Below are positions 37,080 to 50,700 of a DNA stretch of 64,000 nucleotides, piece after piece (position 1 is the first letter of the stretch; every line of letters begins with the position of its first letter). The stretch spans positions 62,001 through 126,000 of the forward strand of contig NW_020844410.1 in assembly GCF_003704095.1 (NCBI RefSeq). The letters run 5' to 3'. The notes under the pieces are model-generated. The model was not told the DNA's origin. It saw only the letters and a program-made list of their open reading frames with translations, and made no database searches. The position numbers were made by a program, and so were the translations under genes. This DNA is from Pocillopora damicornis (lineage: Eukaryota).

Positions 37080-37653
37080 TACTGACCGGAAGTGCGTGTC
37101 ACAAGGTCAACCTGTTCTTAAACAGAGACGATCAACTGATTTATCGTGTTTCGTCATGACAAACAATTTAAGAAACACAATTAATAATTAAAAAGAAGTG
37201 GTTCGTTTCAATGTAATCGAAGTGATCCAAGACACCGTTAATTTTGAACAAGATCATGGGACTGAAAGGCTTAAAAATCTACCGGTTATAATACCATGAA
37301 TAGAAATAATCATAGACCGTACTTGTGCGTGCATGTGACCATGCATGTGGCCAGCATGGCCACACTGATCGTAAAAGTCTCGTATCTAAGTAGTGCCAGC
37401 TGTCTCATCGAACTCCTAAATACCCTTCCTAACCGTAAGTTTTTTTTACAGGTGAAAAAACTGACAAAAAGAAGTTCTTACCATTAGCTTTGACTTCCAG
37501 GTCGATCGAATGCCGATGTGATTACGACATGCCTTCACAAATGTTGATTGAGAAGAGATCTGGTACTCAAACATACCCCATAAGGCATTTCGCGTCGATC
37601 AATGAGAATATGCAATCATCCAGCAGAAATACTCATGAGCGGATAAATCCAAC
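37080..37653 (+). promoter_or_regulatory. PTCD1-like promoter region (divergent from anoctamin A4)
   Basis: ETS-type CCGGAAGT at 37086-37093; Staf/ZNF143-like taccccataaggcatttcgcg at ~37574-37594. Confidence 0.35.
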
Positions 37654-40600
37654 ATGGCGGTCTCGATGAGCAGATTGCGGTATCACAAATTATATCAGTT
37701 TGTCCGTCTATGTAATGAATCTGGATACTCCTTATCCCACGTGTATCCACAGAGAAGGTCATTAAGTCACACTGTTTGTCAGATGTATTCTACATCTTCG
37801 CCTGTTAAGGCCAAAAAGTGGAATCAAACAGGAACGAAACAGCATGCGCACGGTTTTGACAAAACGCGGTCTCCTCCAAGGCCACATCATCTTCGGGACG
37901 ATCTCACATCAGGATCGCATTCAAAGGATGATAAGGTTTCAAAAGAAGAGGAAGATCCCGAGTCTGACCCGGAGACTGAAGACGAAGAGGAACCGAAAAG
38001 ATTTTCATATAGAAAACTGAAAAGTCAGAAATCTGGAAAGGGGTATTTGCGACCGTCTCGGTATATGTTTAGGGAAGTTGAGGCTACAGGGGAGGAAGAG
38101 AATCTATGGGAAAGAAAAAATGCCGATATAAATCGCAAAGGAAAAGTTAATTGGTATGCAAGACAAATGTTGAGGCTTTCTCAAGAGAACAAGGTAAGAC
38201 TATGTAAAGATAACTCTATCTTTAGTTTGTCCGTTAATTACATGTGTTTTTTTTTGCTTTTTTAGTTTTCTTAGCTCAATGATGTCATTAGAGACTGATA
38301 TGTATGGAAATTTATTGACTAAAGACAACTTTTACCAGGTTGATGAAGCCCTTGAACTCTTGTCTTCTATGAAAAAGGACAGACTTAACCCAAAGATAGA
38401 AGTTTACAACATTTTCATTTCTGCATATGCCAAGACTGGGCAAGTCAAGAAGGCTTTTAAACTCTTCAATGATGTAAGTGATATGTTGACTAAATTTCTT
38501 ATGACTTAGAAATTTATCTTTAAAAAATATTTTGCTCAAAGTCGTGAAATCAACAGTACATAGATTGCAGCAAGTAACACCTTATAAACTTAAGTTGTAA
38601 TGCAATACATTGTTTACTTCACGAGAATAATGGTATCCTTCAAATGATGCTTTACCCCTACAACCTACAGAAAGTAAAATGTAACAAATCAATTCACGTG
38701 GAGGGAGAGTGGGATTAAGCAAAGTTAGTTGTTGTGATGCTCCTTCTTATGTTCACCACCAATGATTCTTTGCCTAACTGAGTATCTCCTTCATGATTGT
38801 GCCTTCCACAGGAGAATGTAAAATGAAGTCAGTTTATTAGCCAGATGGCTCATATAATGCTAGCACTGATAACCTTGTTTTAGTGGCATGAAGCAGTTAG
38901 AAGTATTCCTTCTCTCTTCTGGATGTGATGCTTGGCCATATTTACCCCAAAGCATTTTACCTCACATGAAGGGATGGGGGAGAACTTTGAGCAACTCTCT
39001 TGTCCAAAATCACACTAAAAGAACCCATTCAAGGGGCAGAACTAAACCTTTTGATTAGGATTCCTGCACACTTACTATATCAGTATATCACCACAATAGG
39101 AGATGGTCTTCTGTAATGTATCTACAGCAAAACTCTTGTAGCAATAAAAAGGTAGCTTGAATTTCTAAAACATCTGTATTTTCTTTCATTTGTCAAGGTA
39201 AAGAAATGGGATCTGAAGCCAACAGCACACACCTACTCAAGCTTGTTCTATGCTTGTACTCAAGCTCCAGTTACAGAACGTACTTTGGAGAAAGTAGAAA
39301 AACTTTACTCTGAAATTGGCATAAGAGTTTCCAAAGATGAACTGGAAATGAATCTTATTACATACAATGCAGCCATTCAGGCCTTTGCTGTTTGTGGTAA
39401 TCCTGATGGAGCATTTGACGTGTATCAGGAGATGCGAAACAAGAAGTTTGTTCCTGATGAATACACCTTCACATCGTTATTAGCAGCCTGTTGCTTTGAT
39501 CCAGTTGAAGGGCCCAGACTAGCTTTTCAATTACTGGAGGAAATGAAGTGGTTTAGATTACAGCCAAATATTTATATTTACAATTCAGTGTTGAAAGTTA
39601 TGAGAGATTTTAAACTTTCTCGCCAAGAACAAACTAAACACCTACCTGAGGATACAAAGGGTCCTGTAAAAGAGGAAAGAACTTCTGAGCATGAGATTCA
39701 AATTGATGGTGGTAGTGAAACATCAGACAGTGAAATAAATTATGAATTTAGTTCCTCAGAGAATCTTCTGCAAGAAGAAAGCATGCTTGAAAAACAGAAT
39801 GAAGAGAGTGTAAACTTGCATGACTACTTTCCTGGTGTGGAGAAGTTTATCCAAATAATGGCTCTTGAGGATGTTAATCCTGATATACGCACCTTTCAAA
39901 TGCTGCTGCACCTCACATCATCAAAATCAGAAGAAGAGTATTTGATGAATCTTATGAAAAGTTGTAACATTACCCCAGACGCTACTTTTTTTGACTCTGT
40001 AATCAAGAAAAAGGCATTAGAGGGTGATCTAAAGCAGGCAAAGGTAAACATATTTATACTTCTAAATACCCTATTTAACATATGCCTCAGATTTAACCTT
40101 TTCCTTTGTAGGACATTGGGTACACATCAATTGTAAACTTAGAATATAGCACAATTTACTTGTATGTGAGTACAAGAGTTTCTGGCTGGAAATTAGTTGA
40201 ATTCAGGAGTTGAATTCCTTAACAGCTTAACCTTTGCCCAATACACCCCTGACTTCACCTTCTTGTTAAAATACAGAGTCGTTATAAATTAGAATGTGAT
40301 TGTTACGCAGTTTGATTAATTAATTAGTTAATTAAGACCAGCACTCAAATTTTCTCTCATCCAGACTTGTCAAATGAATTTAACAACTTTAATTAATTTT
40401 CCCAATAACTATTTTACTATGTGTATGTGAGGCATTGGGTTCCTAATTGCTGAAAGACAACAATTTTTGCAATCCAAGTAATACAGTTTTCTACTTCTTT
40501 CATTAATTGCAGATTTTAAAATTGTCATCTATTTTAATACAGGTTTACATGAAGCAACTGCAGGAGAAACTGCAGTTTTCTCCATCAGAAGCTTCTTACC

Positions 40601-42893
40601 AAGCATTAGCTTGTGGATGTATAAATCAGAATCAAGGACTTACTTTACTAGATGACATGAAGGTTTGAAATATGATTATACTCTGATAAATTATATGATA
40701 TTTTAAGAAGNNNNNNNNNNNNNNNNNNNNNNNNNNNNNNNNNNNNNNNNNNNNNNNNNNNNNNNNNNNNNNNNNNNNNNNNNNNNNNNNNNNNNNNNNN
40801 NNNNNNNNNNNNNNNNNNNNNNNNNNNNNNNNNNNNNNNNNNNNNNNNNNNNNNNNNNNNNNNNNNNNNNNNNNNNNNNNNNNNNNNNNNNNNNNNNNNN
40901 NNNNNNNNNNNNNNNNNNNNNNNNNNNNNNNNNNNNNNNNNNNNNNNNNNNNNNNNNNNNNNNNNNNNNNNNNNNNNNNNNNNNNNNNNNNNNNNNNNNN
41001 NNNNNNNNNNNNNNNNCAGGAGCAGCTAAATTACGGCATTTTTCTTACTTGGTCAAGTTAGTCAAGGTTTGTATCAGAAATCTATTTTCAATAAGAAAAC
41101 CATTGTCAGCTGTATTTTACATAACCCAAATGGATTTGTTTTGGTCTAGTAAGGGGGGCATTGAAAATGGTTTGGGATCCAAAAACACTTTTAGGTATGA
41201 GAAATAGCAGAACAGGCCATTTTGGTTTCTCTTCATGCTTATTTTCAAACATTTGGTAATCCTAATCTGTGTCTTTCCCTCTGTTCCTGTTTCTGCCTGT
41301 ATTTTCACCTGTTTGTCTGACTGTCCATTGGTTTGCCTGTATTCTTTGCTTTCTGTCACATGTCTTTATTCATGACTGTCTTTGTGATGTGTGCATGTAC
41401 CTTAGTTCTTTGGAGTATCTTTTTGGCTGTATTCTTGAGGATGAAGGGAAGGGGCAGAAATTATCATAGAGACGCAAAGATATTAACCTTGTAGGGCCTT
41501 GTACATGATTGTTGTTAGAATGCTGGAGCTGAGATGACTGCACCATAATACAGAAGACAAGGATTCTGTTTACTTTCGGTTTGGGAAGATGATCTTTTCT
41601 TCCCATGGAACGGATCTCTTTTGTAGTTTTCTATCTGTGTGTATATCTGCTGGCAGTATGCTATGTGTCTGAGCCTGTCTATCCCTGGCTGTCTGTCAAC
41701 TGGTTCATTTTTTAACTGTTATGTTACATTCACCAGAGAATGACAAAGGATGATGTGCAGCCCAATGCTAGGATGATAAATGTCTTGGAGAGGATGTACA
41801 GCTTATCCTGTGAGAAACCCGACATTTCGGTAAGCAGTTGTCAGCTTAATTTTTTCCTCTACTAAAATTTTTCTATTTTGCTGCAGATCAGTGTAAATTC
41901 TCTCCTCACCACAGCCCTTTAACTCGGAGGAAGGGCCAACGCTTGAAACGTCAGCTTTAAAAACTTTATCAACCCATTTGATAAAATCATAATTATTATC
42001 TTGTAGTACGTCCCACCAACGCAGCACCACAGTCTCTTTAGAAACTTACATGTACCTCTTTGTTTGTATCACTTTGTTGCTCAGTTTTCGAGTGAAGTTT
42101 TTGTCTTCAAAACACCATGACCCACCATGTGTCTTCGTTTCATACTTGTTTGGTGGTACAGTGAGAAGTTTGAACTAGTTAATGGTTTGAAGTGAGTAAA
42201 ACGCCATAAGACACAACGTATAGAAAAAAAAACGTGCTGAAAACGAGAAGGAAAAGTAGAAGAAAAAATTGTTTGTTGGATCAGCATCGCATCAAAGTTT
42301 CCTTAGCCCTTTACACCCTAAAACAAGCATGCATGCCGTCCATACTGTTTTCTGTACGTTTCCTTAAGTGCTGACAAGGATAATTTGTTTAACAATAAAG
42401 CACGTCCTTGGTTGGTGATCATTCTCTCTCTTCTTGTGACCTTAATTTTTGGTTCAGAGCTGATATTGTAAGGAGAAATTAGATGCAAGTCATTCTTTAG
42501 GGGTCAAAGGGTTAAGAAAAAGATCATTTTTATTCGTTAGGAATCAAGTTAAGTTAAATTAGAGATGTCGGAATGAGGATGCATGTGTTGAGGTACCCGG
42601 TTTCATTGCCACGTTCATTTTTGCTTTGCTGTTTGCTATAATTTCAGAATGACATGCTGGACCGTGTGGTGAAGCTCAAAAGATTCCGCTTCGTTGAACA
42701 GAAGGGTTTTCGCACATTTTATGAAATCTGGAAATCGAAACGACTTAAAAACAAGAATGCAGCAACAAAGACTAAAGCAAGTTCCAATGATAAATACTAT
42801 GATAAAGGCAGAGACGACGACAGAAATAAAGATGACGCCGTCGACGACATTACAAGTGACGATGACGATGATTCTAAATTTAGCCATCTTTAG
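37654..42893 (+). CDS. PTCD1: Mitochondrial pentatricopeptide-repeat protein, PTCD1-like
   Basis: Exons 37654-38193, 38339-38473, 39198-40043, 40543-40662, [gap]-41066, 41737-41829, 42648-42893. Basic N-terminus resembling a mitochondrial targeting peptide; PPR motifs (VYNIFISAYAKTGQVKKAFKLFND, TYNAAIQAFAVCGNPDGAFDVYQEM, PDEYTFTSLLAAC, PNIYIYNSVL). C-terminal KGFRTFYEIW resembles the GFRAYYKQW segment I recall from PTCD1. One exon is partly inside the N-gap. Confidence 0.8.
40711..41016. other. Assembly gap (N run) inside PTCD1-like
   Basis: N run. Confidence 0.99.
41923..42050 (+). mobile_element. Second degenerate Penelope-type hammerhead-bearing fragment
   Basis: ctCGGAGGAagggccaacgcttGAAAcGTCagct: homologous to the 31127-31162 motif, with the CUGANGA box mutated and GUC intact. 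Confidence 0.45.
42303..42515. mobile_element. ~210-bp TTAA-ended (piggyBac-like) MITE in a PTCD1 intron
   Basis: TTAGCCCTTT...AAAGGGTTAA; homologous to 19627-19829. Confidence 0.7.
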
Positions 42894-43769
42894 TTACCAT
42901 TAAGACACCCCTGGTGGTATGCCGCTCTGTCAAACCGCTTCATGTGTATTGCTCGCCGGTATCACTGAGCACCAACTCAAATCAGTTTAAATTTGTCCAC
43001 AGATGAAGATGTTCTTGAAAAATTTCCATGTCTTGGTGTCAAAGCAAAACCATACTGCGACCTTTCACGGTGTTGTGTTGTGTAGCTTCATGTTCCCTTG
43101 CTTTGGTTCCTAGCACTTAATAACACAATTGATTTGGAAATCTTTTGTTTCTTGAAGTGTGATTGGTTGATATCGTCCAAGTATTTCGGATGAATTATTG
43201 GTACGGTCCGCTCTCTATTGGCGCTTTCTTTTTGGTTTCTTCAGCTGTCCGGAATTACCGCATGCCAACCAAACACCAAGTGCAGTTAGACCGATATCTG
43301 AAGGATTGAACTAACTAAACTTTTCTATGGCTCTCTTTATTGCATATTCTGGAAAAGTTCTCACAATTTCATAATGTGTACTCTTCACTATATGTAATAA
43401 TATTCAAGGAAAACACAGATGTGTTGACTAAAACTACTAATTAAAAGCGGATTCTACTCCATAATGGTTGACGGTAAAATTAAAAAAATGCGACAGCCGA
43501 TTGGAATTTTAAAGACTCATTGCTCTACTTTTTTTTCATAGAAAAATAACCTAATTTTTTCTTCATTGAGATAAAATACTTTTATGATAATGCTCTAAAT
43601 ACAAAACTGAGTTTCTTTATAATTGCTCAGTACATTCGTCTCTGAATATTTTTTTTCTGGCAGCGCATTTACTGCATTTAACGCTTTCACACAGCTTGAC
43701 AAGAAAGCGAGGCGAATCTAATTTTAAGAATTATACTATTCCTACTTTTCATCTTCTCCGATATATGTG

Positions 43770-44246
43770 CAGACATTCCAACCCCTTTAGAGGGGAGTAT
43801 ATTTTTTAGCGCCGAAGGTGCGAGCCTCTTGGGGGGATCTAAGGGCATGCCCCTCCCCCCAGAAAAATGTTCAAATTTAATTTCTCTCAGGTGGCATTTC
43901 CTGCATTTGACATCAATTTTTTGGTATTCTATAAGGTCTCTACTCTTATCACAGATATCTTTGAGCTTTTCTTTGCAGTTGTTAATACATCATTGCAGAG
44001 TCAAAAAGGAAGACATCTTTTATTACTTTTACGATGGCCACTTTGGAAGATCATGAATATTTGTAAACTTTCTGTCCACAAGGCATAAATGCATTCAGTG
44101 GGGAGCCACAAAAAGATTGCGAAAAATACATATAAGATAAGCAATTTTTTCTTTCTTATCAGAATTTTTATGATAAATCGGGAGAACCTGATAAAAATAG
44201 GGAGGGCGGAAAGCAACACATCAAATCGTGAGGGTTGGAATGTCCG
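43770..44246. mobile_element. hAT-like MITE between the PTCD1 and SKAP 3' ends
   Basis: 15-bp TIRs CAGACATTCCAACCC / GGGTTGGAATGTCCG (1 mismatch). Flanks tatatgtg / tgtatgag match at 6/8, consistent with a decayed 8-bp TSD. Confidence 0.65.
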
Positions 44247-44725
44247 TGTATGAGAAAATATTTGTTTACTAAAACCTCAAACAATCTATATTAGGTGAAA
44301 TCTATCCATTCTAAAAAGAAATTCCCCAATTGCAACAATTCACTGTTCCATGGTCATTAATACATAACATCCGAGCATTTCTATTTAAAATGGTGATATA
44401 TGTTGTTTTCCTTAAACTTACATCTTGGATTTGAGAGCGCAAATGACACCAGAATCGAAAAAAGTCTAAAAAAACTATTTCCGATATCGCTTATTGGATT
44501 ATACAACAAACGCCGCCTAAACGTTCTTTTCTCTTTTTTGAAGACGTTACACTCACCAGTTCCCACTGATGTGTGTTTTCTTGTTTACAATGTATTGAGG
44601 TCATTTCTTCAATCGGGCTATGAATTGTATTCTATTAAACTACAAGCGATTTAAGAATCATTTGCACTGACAAGAGACGCCTGGTTGAAGGAGAAGACGA
44701 AAAACATTGCGTTACAAGCCAAACT

Positions 44726-47700
44726 TTACGCTGTCATCTCGTACGCCTCCATGACATATTTTTTCGGCACCAGACCTACACTATACCCTTGAGGTTTGAA
44801 CAAAGACCCGATCCACCAATCGTTATGCGGCTTTTCGTAAATATAAATCAGGTCACCTCGCCGGAATGCCAGCTCATCTTTGTCATCTGCTTCACAGGTC
44901 CACAGGGCTTGATAGATGTTAGCATAGTTGATTTCAATCGTCTGAACTTCTTTGGGACTCGGAGGTGGTTCGTCTTTCGGTTTAGGTGCAGGAGGCTGTG
45001 GCTTAGCAGCTGGCTTTGATGGTCGCTCAGGAGCTTTCTCTGCAGCTGTTCCAGGAAAAATATATTTACCCGTTAACTACCAAAAGTTATCTTCTCCCTA
45101 GAATACCCATACATCATCTAGCAAACAGGTGACGAGAATATTCAAACTTATCAAGTAGAAGTTATCTAGATCTAAAAAAAAAATTTCTTGTAACTACTTT
45201 ACAATGAAATATGAAGCAGCTAGAGGAGAGAATTAACAACTAGATCTCGAGAGTTAAAAGGTTGACTACCGCATTTATTGCAATTTTGCTGACGAGTACG
45301 AAGACATAGGAATTTTTTAGATTTCCCTTTCACCTGATTTACCCACTCCAGCTAAACACAGAATTTCTCAGAAATTTACCACACAGACCAACTTCATACC
45401 GAGAGAGCAGTTAAATCAATGGACATATTATCAACTTACGTGACTCCACTGGAGGAATGACTGGCTGTGGAATCTGGGGTTGAGGTCTTTTGGGTGGACG
45501 CATCGGAGGTGGGGCAGGAGCTTGAGTATCGGCAACTTCGTAATTTTCTTCCACTGACACAGGGGGTGGGGGAGGCGGTAAGTCTGAGGTGTTGTCAGGG
45601 GCGTTTGGTTCAGCAACTTCATACATGTCATCTTGCTGCGGTACAGGACGGGCAGGAGGGACGGGAGCGGCTGATGGCTGTCCTTTAGAAGGTCGCGGGG
45701 GTGGTATCTCTGGTGCTTTGTCTTCGCTGGGGATGGGTGGCATGGGTTCTGTCTTGCTGGGTCGAGGTGGAGGTGCAGATGCCTCGGGTAGTTCGTATTC
45801 CTCTTCTTGAATTGGTTCGACTGTTTTGTTTTCACCTGAAGTAAAATAAATAAATAAATAAATAAAATTCATGTACTCAAAAAATAAACCTCCAAATTGT
45901 TGATGCGACTTGCGCACGAAAATCGATGGTCTATTTAAGTGGCGTGAAAGGTTTTTATCGCCACGACATGAGATGAGAGATGTCCCGTACTGCGCAAATT
46001 TGCTGTCTGCAATTGAGAAATACCACGATAGTCTACGACGTTTTTATATGAAAACGAATACTCTAACACGCCCCATCCCGACTTTCAGTGAGCCATGATG
46101 CTATTATCTGTTAACTAACCAGGGAAAAGTGGAAGCGGGGCCTGTTTTGAGGGGACAGCCGTGGGAGAAACTTCGTAGTCAACCACCTCCCGTGAAGGGC
46201 CTGGAGAGGGGTGGTTTGAAACAGGTGGTTGAACAGTCTCCACTGCTTCGTATAAATCTTCTTGAGTGTCATCATACACTTCGTCTTCTTCTTCCACAGC
46301 TTCGTTTTTTAGGCTCGCGTCAACATAGTGAAGGCTGTCATCATCTCCTGCGGTGTGCCTGTTGCGCATTTCTTCTAATTTAGCCCTTTGATGTTCAGAC
46401 AGCGGAGCATCACAAGCCCTCTGAATGGCTTTTATCCACTTTTCTGTTTCTTCCTTACTGTTTGTCTCAAACTAAGAAAGAAGAGAACAATAAAAATGTC
46501 GCCCTCTACAGATCAGCTACATAAATCAGTAGAGTTTAAAATGCATTCCAACAATTTTTTCTCCATTTAAATTTTCAAACAGTCCTGCGATTGCAACGGA
46601 GCATGTTGTATGTCAAAGCCAGATGGGAATTAGTCGTTAATGCACTACACATCAGAAGAAGTGCACATCACATCGGAAAATTTCATCGAGTTCGAGCCAT
46701 AACCGAATTACTGTTTTGTAATCTTAAACAAGACATATAACCGTCATAGTGCCTCACTTTGCCCGAGCGGTTTAAATAGGAGGCAATGAACTGTAAGGGA
46801 ACCCGACGGAACCCTAATCCGTTCATCAACATGGGGTAGTAATACTCCAAGTCGCCTGATGTTCCACACTGGGATGGTAACACTTGCCTAACATGTTTGT
46901 GGCCATGAAAAACTTGTATAAAATAACGAGAAGAGAGAAGCTCATAAAAAAGTCACTTCCCCAGAGTTCTTATATGCTAGTCCATTCCGTCTGCGTCTAT
47001 TTTTTTCCTCAGGCTTCTTAAAACGATTAAAAAATCGTTCCATAATTTCAGGATATTTGAGAGGAAAGAAATATTTTTAGAAATTTCACTTTCGAAAGTT
47101 AACAAAATTAACAAAAGCACATTGAGGGTGTGACTCTTGTACCTGGTAAGTCCTCTGGCCACCCGAATGCGTGAGATGAAACTCTCGGCCTCTCTTATTG
47201 GCTAGCTGTACTTTGTAACCTGGCAGCAAGATATGCCCTTGTTGTTTGTTGGCCTTCTTGTCCTTAAAGTAGTACATCGCGTGGTTACGCACTACACAGA
47301 ACCTCTTCTGAAACTTACTTCCCAAATACACCTTTCCTTCCTTGCGACGTTTGTTCAAAAAACCTGCAGGAAAATAATTTTTAGCGATCAAAACTACTAA
47401 CTAGAATTTTAACAATTAGTAAATTAATTATTAAATAATACTGTCAAAATTATAAGAGAAAAAGAATGGTATTTGTAAATAATGTGAACCAATGCCCTAG
47501 GGTTTTCACTGAGAAATATTTTCTCTTCTCGAAAGTTTCAAAGTTATCGAAACTCGACTCGAAAGTCTCGAAACTCCGACAAGCGAGGATCGAATTTCGA
47601 GGCACGTCAACTTACAGTACATTAGCCCATGGGAATTGAACTGGAGATCTCTGTGTAGCATCGAAGAATTCTGTGATCTTTGATGCCTATTGAACACGTA

Positions 47701-50700
47701 ATAATACCCAATGGTGCTAAACTCTCTCAGCTACACATACAACAAATAGCATGCAAAATGAGCCTCTGAAGTTGAAGAATGTACTAAAGAAAAGTGGTTT
47801 AAATTAGTTTTCTGAAACGACTATTGGAATTCAGATAATTTGCATTTCAAAGTTTGAATGTGTTTGGAAACATGATACTGGTGCAGGGGAGCAAAATAAA
47901 TTTAACATCAAAACCAGATGATGTAGCATGGTCATCATTAAAGCCAATTGGCCCACACTAGCAAAGCTTGTCCCAAGTTTTGTAGCCAATGATGATAACT
48001 TTTGAATTAATGAGGATTTTGTCTTGCTCCCTTGGATGGGATGCTGGTGCATCACAGGTTACTCCCCTCCCTCCCCACCCCAGCATGTCATCAAGCTTTC
48101 TTCATAGTTCATCAAAATTAATTTACGGTCCTGGGCCTGGTTGTTCAAAGGCCAAGTAGAGCAAACCTAGTGTTCAATTGTAATCTGGTTTCTTCATTCC
48201 TTTTGTTTAAAAGCCTCTTTCGGATAATTTTCTCTATTCTTTTCAGAACATCTAATCATCAAATTGTGGACAAAAATGACCAAAATGAATTTTCTTTTAA
48301 AGCTTTCAGATCTGAAACCCCAGCTTTGAACAACCCAGCCTTGGATAGAGAGAGGTAATATAGGTAAACTAACCCAATGAACTTTAAACCCTAAGCCTGC
48401 TATCCAGCTTGACATTAGGAGACTGTACCCCTCACTAACTAAGAACATGTGCATAGTAATCATAAACAACTTTAAACCTGAATACTTTCCTAGTTTACTA
48501 AACTGCCTATCTTACATCTAATGAAGCTCAGTAAAAGAGCATCAGAGGTAAATGTAATCATAAAATCAGAAAGTCAAAGGTTTCAAAGCTATGTTACCAC
48601 CCACTGCCAATTTTTTGAGCTCACAACCGAACTTATTTCAATTATTGTGAGGAGATCTGATCAATACCTGTTATAATGACACCTTGAACTTTTTCAGGAC
48701 TTGTGCTCTGTTTTAGTTGATCCCAGTTGACAGTTCCATCTACTAAACTATCTGGTGCTTCAATGCCTTCATACATCTCACCATCTGCGTCCTTTGGAGT
48801 AGAATGATCCATGTCTGTAACTAAACCACAAAACTCCAATTGTCATTCAGTTGTAGTATTGTGCCAAGCAAGAAACCCTTCATTGTTAGGTTGGTCAATC
48901 AAGTCAGGGAAAGAGTAAGTGGAGGTCGCCATCAGTCCTTATAGATAAACCGTCCTATGATGTACAATGCTCTTCTCCCTTGAAGCACATACTGGCAAAT
49001 TGGCAGTAAAGTCTAAGATGTAACCTTGTCATCTTTACCCGTCTGTTTTCAGGTGCAATACCAAGTTAGACCATTGGGGGAGACAATTATGTTAGACTAG
49101 TAGTTGAAGACAAAGCTGTGTTGTGAATAATCCAAATGGGAGCCTAACCAGTCTGATATTAGGACAGTGNNNNNNNNNNNNNNNNNNNNNNNNNNNNNNN
49201 NNNNNNNNNNNNNNNNNNNNNNNNNNNNNNNNNNNNNNNNNNNNNNNNNNNNNNNNNNNNNNNNNNNNNNNNNNNNNNNNNNNNNNNNNNNNNNNNNNNN
49301 NNNNNNNNNNNNNNNNNNNNNNNNNNNNNNNNNNNNNNNNNNNNNNNNNNNNNNNNNNNNNNNNNNNNNNNNNNNNNNNNNNNNNNNNNNNNNNNNNNNN
49401 NNNNNNNNNNNNNNNNNNNNNNNNNNNNNNNNNNNNNNNNNNNNNNNNNNNNNNNNNNNNNNNNNNNNNNNNNNNNNNNNNNNNNNNNNNNNNNNNNNNN
49501 NNNNNNNNNNNNNNNNNNNNNNNNNNNNNNATCCTTTTACCTGTTGAATTTTCAAGAATTCCAAGCAATTTTAAAAGGTAATAAGAGGTACTACGGCGGT
49601 AAATGTTACTGGTTACTGCCTGAAAAGGAGAACACTGCAAGGGGTGTCACTTTTTTTGATCCTGCTACAATTACAAGTTACAATTTTAGATTGTTACAGT
49701 CAAGGGCAAAAGAGGAATCAGAATTAAAAAAAAATCTTCTTTCTACTTTCCACTATTCAATGGTAAACATTCAGCTTTTCAGTACCACTGACTGCTGCTA
49801 CAACTGCATTTCTTCAGGAGTTAATATCAACTTAATGAGTTAAATGACAATAACAATAACTAAGTATTTACTATCCTCAATACCTTCATAATCTTCATCA
49901 GCACCTGGGATCTCATAGTTTTCTTCTTGCTCAACTGGAGCTGGAGGCTTCACACTTTGCTCTGTAACTTCATAATTCTCATCTGCAGTGTTCTCTGCTT
50001 GAGGTTCTACATAATCTTCTTGGCCTGGATCATCTTCCATAGCCATGTAGTCTTCACCGGCAGCCTCTCCACCTTGAGCCTCATTTTCCTGCTCAGCTGA
50101 CATCACCTCATAGTTCTCACCACCCGTATCCGCACTTGTTGTAGATGGTACATCATTTCCCTCGACACCCTGGCTCATTTCATAGTATTGATCATCTTGA
50201 GCTATAACAGCTGCAGAATACAATTTACTTTCTTCAATAATTATCACCTTTGTGCACAACCCTTGGCCTCAGCCTATATCCATCTCATTCCAAGGAGTAA
50301 CAATTAACTAACATCCCTGTACAGCATCCAAGAACTGCCCTGCAGTCATATACTGAGAGTAAAGATACATTGGTCTTAAAACTGGTAGGTTTATAAATTT
50401 GTCAGGTACATTTCATGTTACGATTAAATTTCCAGAAACAGAATGGGAAAATTAATACCAGCCACATCATCATAGAGTTCCTCTCCACCCAGGTCATCAT
50501 TGGCTGCTGGTACAGGTGCTGGCACAGGAACTTTACCCTTTGGTGGACGTGGAGGTCCTTTACCACCACCAGACAACTCATTCTGCAATCCTAGTTGGGT
50601 TTTCAACTTTCTGAACTTGTCTGCTAGCAAGGTACGCTCTATCTCTGCTGCTGGAGAAAGTTTTTCTTTGGCCAGTGTAACCGAAAAAAACTTTTCAGCC

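Noticed and set aside
49541-49619. Possible extra SKAP exon with AG/GT boundaries
   Set aside because: Flanking introns are phase 1; in that phase the segment hits a stop, and its length is not a multiple of 3.
49092-49640. Long ORFs full of X (also 56039-56599)
   Set aside because: Artefacts of reading through N gaps. Only 56480-56573 is a real AGXT2 exon.
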